From positions 186,001-250,000 of the forward strand of contig CM038999.1 of assembly GCA_017499595.2 (NCBI GenBank): a stretch of 64,000 nt of DNA, given 5' to 3'. The notes under the pieces are model-generated. The model was not told the DNA's origin. It saw nothing but the letters and a program-made list of their open reading frames with translations, and made no database searches. The stretch's first letter is position 1; each line of letters starts with the position of its first letter. A program made the translations under genes and the position numbers. The stretch is from Psilocybe cubensis. Lineage: Eukaryota. Shown one piece after another: positions 59,252-64,000 of this stretch.

Positions 59252-62140
59252 TCAAGCACCAATATGGATAAACATAATCCATCGATCCAACGGTATTCCA
59301 TTCTTTCTCATTGTCCTGATAGCTGAATTCAACGCTTTAGCAGAATCTTTGAAATTGGCCATAGTCCCATCGCGGAACATATCTTTGTAGAATGCCTGCG
59401 CAATGGTCGGCCCATCCTCGTCGTTCATTTCCCACATAGTCCCTACCACGCTTCGGAATCCACAGAACTGCAACGCAGCCGAGAGATGGATGCTTTCGTC
59501 TGGGGTACGAGTGTCTCCCGCAGCACTGTGACATGCAGAAAGAAATGCGAGCTCGGCGTTTGGTAACTTTGCTCGCATGAGACTTAGAAGTGTGAGAGGC
59601 TTGCCATGAAGCTCGAACGACGCCCTGAAGGGATGTTCTTTGCTGCCTAAGCGGCCATGGCATGCAAAATGGACCCATGAATATTGCTTTAGAAGTGCTA
59701 GTACCGAGTTGCGAGTAGCTTTGGATTCCATGAGGACGTTTACATGCTCCCCGTGTTGTCGAATAATATTTACTTCATCGTGAACCCTTGTGAGGTGATG
59801 TCCAGGCTGACCCACTACGAGCAGCTTTGGAATATTGAGTTTCTGATTGAGGTTCGACCTCGCTTTAATCAACGCGGATAATGTAGGGGTATAAGAAGAT
59901 ATATAGATATCAGGGAGATTTTTTTCTCCCGGCCGATATGGACCGGCTGCGTGAAGAGGCAAGGCGCATAGCTCGGATGTTGGGCACCACCATATACGCT
60001 CACCCTCCCTAACTCCCATCTCTTTGAGTCTCTGAACCACAGGGGATACAATTGTGCTCCAAAGTTCACGAACTGTCCGTATGATCTCTCTTGGGAAAGA
60101 AAGTTTGCTGGCCTGTTCGATCAAGTCCTCTCGCCGGATATATGATAATGGGACGAGTGTAGGGGTTCTGTTGGAAAAGAGAATGATCGCATCACAGCGA
60201 TACTTGCTAATGTTGACAAGTATGACTGGACCTTCCGCTGCTGCTGTCTGAAGCATCTTGAAGGGTGGTGCCCTTAGGAAATTCTCAAACCCCTCAATTT
60301 GTCGAATTTCTTCCACCGTCGCCTCCCATTCTTCCTGTAGAATTCGGTGTTTTCTTACTTGTGAGTCCAGGCCCGGAGCGGATGAAACCATAACGTCGCC
60401 CTCCAGAGTAGACCCTTCGGGTTTCAGAAGGATCCCTTCCAGCTGGGAATTTATAGATCCCAGTCGATCAGCTAGTCCGATGGTTCCTTCGACCCGACGA
60501 AGCTCCTCCAATGGATCTTTGTACGACGCCACCTTAGACCACAGCAGTGCTCTTCCTTGTTCAAGCAACTCCACAGCCTCCTCGAGCTTTCCTGTATCTA
60601 TGACAGCCGCGGCGGCGTCAGACGCCAGATATTTTGGGACCTTGGCTGTTGCTAGAAATTGTTGTTGTCGTTCGATGTCTCCGTGGACAATCAAAGAGCG
60701 GTTAAGAAGATGCATTGTCGATTTACATGCGGAAAGAAGGGTGTTATGCCGGAAGTAAAATGCTTGTTTCATCCAGGTTACAGATGCGGTCACCCGGTTT
60801 TGTAGAAACGATGTGGGATCCTCTGAGGCCTCTTGGTACAGTTGAAAGGCTTCTTCGAGATCTTGTTCCTGATGCAACTCCTTATGACGACTGGCAAGCA
60901 CACACGCCATACTTTGGAGCGCCAACGAACGGCGTGGGTGACCACTCGTGAAATGATCAAGTGCTTCGCGATGTAGCACAATGGCTTCTTCAAGGTGCTC
61001 CAAGTTTCCTTGTTGCTCGTATGCAGTCCGTAAAACATAGGCGAGATTGTTGAGAGACCCTGGGCGATCAGGATGTCCGTTAGGCCGAAGATTGAGAGCT
61101 TGGCGGTGTAAAAATATTACTTCTTTTAGGCCATCCATATCTATGGAGCCATCTTGCTGCACACTGCGAAGCTGAATCACAGTAGCAAGGTTATTTAGAG
61201 ACTTTGGTCGACTAGGGTGTCCAGGAGGACATAGAGCTAGTGCTTCGCGGTGACATGAGATAGCTTCCTCCAGATCCTTAACCTCACCATATCCCACGTA
61301 TCGTATTTTGAGTGTGTTGGCGAGGTTGTTAAGCGGGACAGAGCGGTCTGGATGGCCTGGAGGAAGCAGAACAAGAGACTCCCGATGCAGTGAAATGGCC
61401 TCTTCCAGGTCCTCCGCTGTGCTAATTTGATCATAGTGATGCATGACGACAACAGCCAGGTTGTTAAGAGATTTCTGGCGCTCTGGGTGGCCAGGAAGGC
61501 GGAGGCTCAATGCCTCGCGATGTGCGGTTATACTCTCCTCTAGATCTTCCATGGATCCATTCAGTTCGTAGCGAGATTGGAGTGCACTGGCTAGGCTGTG
61601 TAGAGACTGTGAACGATCTGGATGACCAATAGGACACAGGCCAAGTGATTCACGAGTATGTGAGATTGATTCTTCTAAATCTTTTGTGGCTCCTTGCTGC
61701 CGATAGAGAGTTCGAAGAGCGTTCGCAAGATGGTTGAGAGATGCTGGACGATTTGGATGGCCAGAAGGATGGCCACTAAGAGCCTCACGGTGCAATGTGA
61801 TGGCTTCCTGTATAGCATCAATGTCTCCTTGTTGCTTATAACTATCTTGTAGGGCCAGAGCGAGGTTCCGAAGAGACAAAGTGCGTTGTGGGTGGCCAGG
61901 GGCACATAAAGCAACCGATTTACGGAAATTCAGAATTGATTCCTGAAGATCTTTGATTAATCCCAACTTTTTATAACGATACAGAAATGAAATCCCAAGA
62001 GCAAAGAAGACTGCGTTGTTATCGGTTTGATCAGGGGACAGAAGTTTGAGTGCAGCTTGGTGATGAACAATGGTATCGTCTATGTCCTCAATAGTCCCCA
62101 AATGATTAGATCGCGCAACAAGCCCGTCTTCAAGGTTCAT
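59252..62140 (-). CDS. TPR-repeat CHAT-domain (caspase-HetF) cysteine protease
   Basis: About ten 42-aa TPR-like units (GHPDRSxSLNNLA..L..DLEEAI..HREAL), AVELLEQGR, RIWWCPT, LPLHAAG, SSYTPTLSAL, catalytic dyad motifs WVHFACHG and AFLSACHSA, VVGTMW. Open for 962 codons; true 5' end uncertain. Confidence 0.93.
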   Translation of the reverse strand: MNLEDGLVARSNHLGTIEDIDDTIVHHQAALKLLSPDQTDNNAVFFALGISFLYRYKKLGLIKDLQESILNFRKSVALCAPGHPQRTLSLRNLALALQDSYKQQGDIDAIQEAITLHREALSGHPSGHPNRPASLNHLANALRTLYRQQGATKDLEESISHTRESLGLCPIGHPDRSQSLHSLASALQSRYELNGSMEDLEESITAHREALSLRLPGHPERQKSLNNLAVVVMHHYDQISTAEDLEEAISLHRESLVLLPPGHPDRSVPLNNLANTLKIRYVGYGEVKDLEEAISCHREALALCPPGHPSRPKSLNNLATVIQLRSVQQDGSIDMDGLKEVIFLHRQALNLRPNGHPDRPGSLNNLAYVLRTAYEQQGNLEHLEEAIVLHREALDHFTSGHPRRSLALQSMACVLASRHKELHQEQDLEEAFQLYQEASEDPTSFLQNRVTASVTWMKQAFYFRHNTLLSACKSTMHLLNRSLIVHGDIERQQQFLATAKVPKYLASDAAAAVIDTGKLEEAVELLEQGRALLWSKVASYKDPLEELRRVEGTIGLADRLGSINSQLEGILLKPEGSTLEGDVMVSSAPGLDSQVRKHRILQEEWEATVEEIRQIEGFENFLRAPPFKMLQTAAAEGPVILVNISKYRCDAIILFSNRTPTLVPLSYIRREDLIEQASKLSFPREIIRTVRELWSTIVSPVVQRLKEMGVREGERIWWCPTSELCALPLHAAGPYRPGEKNLPDIYISSYTPTLSALIKARSNLNQKLNIPKLLVVGQPGHHLTRVHDEVNIIRQHGEHVNVLMESKATRNSVLALLKQYSWVHFACHGRLGSKEHPFRASFELHGKPLTLLSLMRAKLPNAELAFLSACHSAAGDTRTPDESIHLSAALQFCGFRSVVGTMWEMNDEDGPTIAQAFYKDMFRDGTMANFKDSAKALNSAIRTMRKNGIPLDRWIMFIHIGA

Positions 62141-62761
62141 GAGCGCCGTGTTCCAGTCTGGATGTTCCGCAGAACAAGTGCGTTACGGTTCACCTTGGAT
62201 ACTGAATATCGTGCAGTTTTTGATTTCAGGGGCGGCAATTTTTTACCGAACAGGACTCCGACTGAAAAATTGTGGCGCGTCGTCGAGAGTTCGGTTCTTG
62301 CCCCTGCTGTTTCTAATGTTTCTAATTACCTCATATCTTCGCTATCGTTCCAAAGTTCCGTCTTGAGACAGCCTGACCAACACATACGCCCCATCTTTGT
62401 TTACTTTACATGCCTACTCGCGGATTGGATTTTACAGGATACAGGATTTAGGAGTTGTATACAATAGGGTACACCAGCGATCTGCACTTCAGTTTCTTCT
62501 TTATGACGATAATAAATAGATACCTACGGCTATACTCACTACCTTCCTAGTCTATTACTAAATCCAGATGAATCCGACATTGGTGACTGCAGTGGGCAGT
62601 GCAACGTCGGCAGTTGCCGCTTGCCACCTGCGGTTCACACAGGCTTCACTGCCGCTGTCTTAAAGATAATAGAGCACTGCAATGTACAACCCCTGCCCAC
62701 CTTTATACCTACCTTTGTCCTTGGCCCGAATTCTGCCCACCATTAACACACCGTCCTTACA

Positions 62762-64000
62762 ATGCTTACGCAAGCGCAGGATAGGCCCAACGGCGTATCT
62801 TCAGGAGCAGGCATTAACGCATTCGAGGGTGCAGTCTTTGAGGACTCGGAGGGGAGCTTATTCGCCACCACAGCTGGGAGCGTGTTTATCTATGACCACA
62901 ACTACGCACACGGCTTTTGTACGTTTTTCTTTGAAGCGAGTCGAGTCAAGTGTTTGACCTGACATTCCATTTATCAATGTCCATCTCTCAAGCACCAGTA
63001 CGCCTCAGAAATCAACTGGCACGCGACTCGGGAGGTATGCTGTGCAGGTACACGCACCCAGAGAACACTGTGCACAACCGTTCAGATCCAGGTTCCTCCA
63101 GCAGCCTCGTGCAGCAGCAGCAACAGTACCAGATGCATACCCCACGCGGCCCCATAACAGCGTTCAAGCAGGCGCACTTCCGAAATCATAAGGCTAGCAA
63201 GCAATTGGTGTCTGAGGGTGACATCTATATTGCTCACGCTCCCAATCGCGCGTGCTGTTCTGATGTTAAAGGAGGTGACCAGGTCGAGGGGGCGCTCGTG
63301 CAGACACATAAACAAGCAATAGAGGGATGGTCGGGGACACCACTTCTTGATATATCACCACATTCGTCTTCCCTCACGCATTCGCAGATGCAGATCCAAC
63401 CGTATTCCAATCCGTATCAGCATCAGTTTTTGCAGCCTGCGCAGGACATTGCAACAGAAAGCGGCCATGCCCAAAGTGCACCTTCGAATGTGCAGACAAC
63501 GTCGCATGTCCCCAACGGCCCCCATGGTCAGATCACGCCGTATTATGGCTCCTCTAATGTTCAGAGCACCGCATATGTCCAAAACACTGCTCATGGTCCG
63601 TGTATACCCCACACCCAAAGCACCTCTCACCACACTCCCCTACATGTGCAAAGCGCTTCCCACTCCCAAACCAACACCAACACCGACGCCAACACCGCCA
63701 ACACCAACCCCAGCAGCCCCAACAACAACACTAATACCAACATCGCCAACACGAACCCCAGCACCGACGTTGCAAATATGCGGCCTCCATCCCCTCCACC
63801 AACTCCATCTTCATCTCCGTCACCGTCGATGTCGATGTCGATATCCACGCCAAGGTCCAGGTCAGAACCTGCGATGCTCCGAGAATCGCTCAACAAGCAG
63901 TCTCTGAGCAATAAACGTACGTTACGTTTTAGCCATGTTAAGACGGTCGATATCGACTCAGGTTGTCTGACTGCTAATGTATTTTCGTTAGCCGATCGCG
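62762..64000 (+). CDS. Partial gene with two N-terminal candidate amyloid pseudo-repeats followed by a low-complexity linker; runs off the window
   Basis: Exons 62762-62918, 62993-63034 and 63086-63916 are joined in frame by canonical introns (GTACGT..CAAG, GTATGC..TCAG, GTACGT..TTAG). The frame has no stop from 62995 to the window end, which is why the ORF track misses it. Confidence 0.72.

Noticed and set aside
63347-63907. 186-aa Pro/Arg-rich ORF in the track
   Set aside because: Out of frame with the spliced gene; the adjacent frame is open throughout and carries the second motif.

Overview
Eukaryotic DNA, by gene content and short GT-AG introns most likely an agaricomycete fungus. It is a transposon-riddled immune locus. 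Removing six insertions leaves a tandemly duplicated minus-strand unit: unknown relic <- NACHT-ankyrin NLR <- TPR-CHAT caspase-like protease. The six insertions are two Ty3/Gypsy chromoviruses, two multigene CxC2-KDZ DNA transposons of 12.7 and 15.8 kb (both with 7-bp TSDs, one carrying a TET/JBP dioxygenase), a 2.0-kb TIR element carrying an HSP60 gene fragment, and a 2.3-kb MULE-like element with a 9-bp TSD. The most interesting signal is not visible in the ORF track. After splicing, both NLRs start with a ~27-aa candidate amyloid signalling motif (G[LF]RAYxNAxFTNLxNxTIVAGETVY[MI]G). A gene divergent from the CHAT gene (from 62762 off the window end) carries two aligned copies of a matching motif with three E-to-K/R charge swaps, as in the HET-s two-rung beta-solenoid. 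This suggests an NLR/amyloid-adaptor/CHAT-protease signalling module. Both NLR copies in this haplotype look disrupted. All alignments were done by eye; no searches were run.
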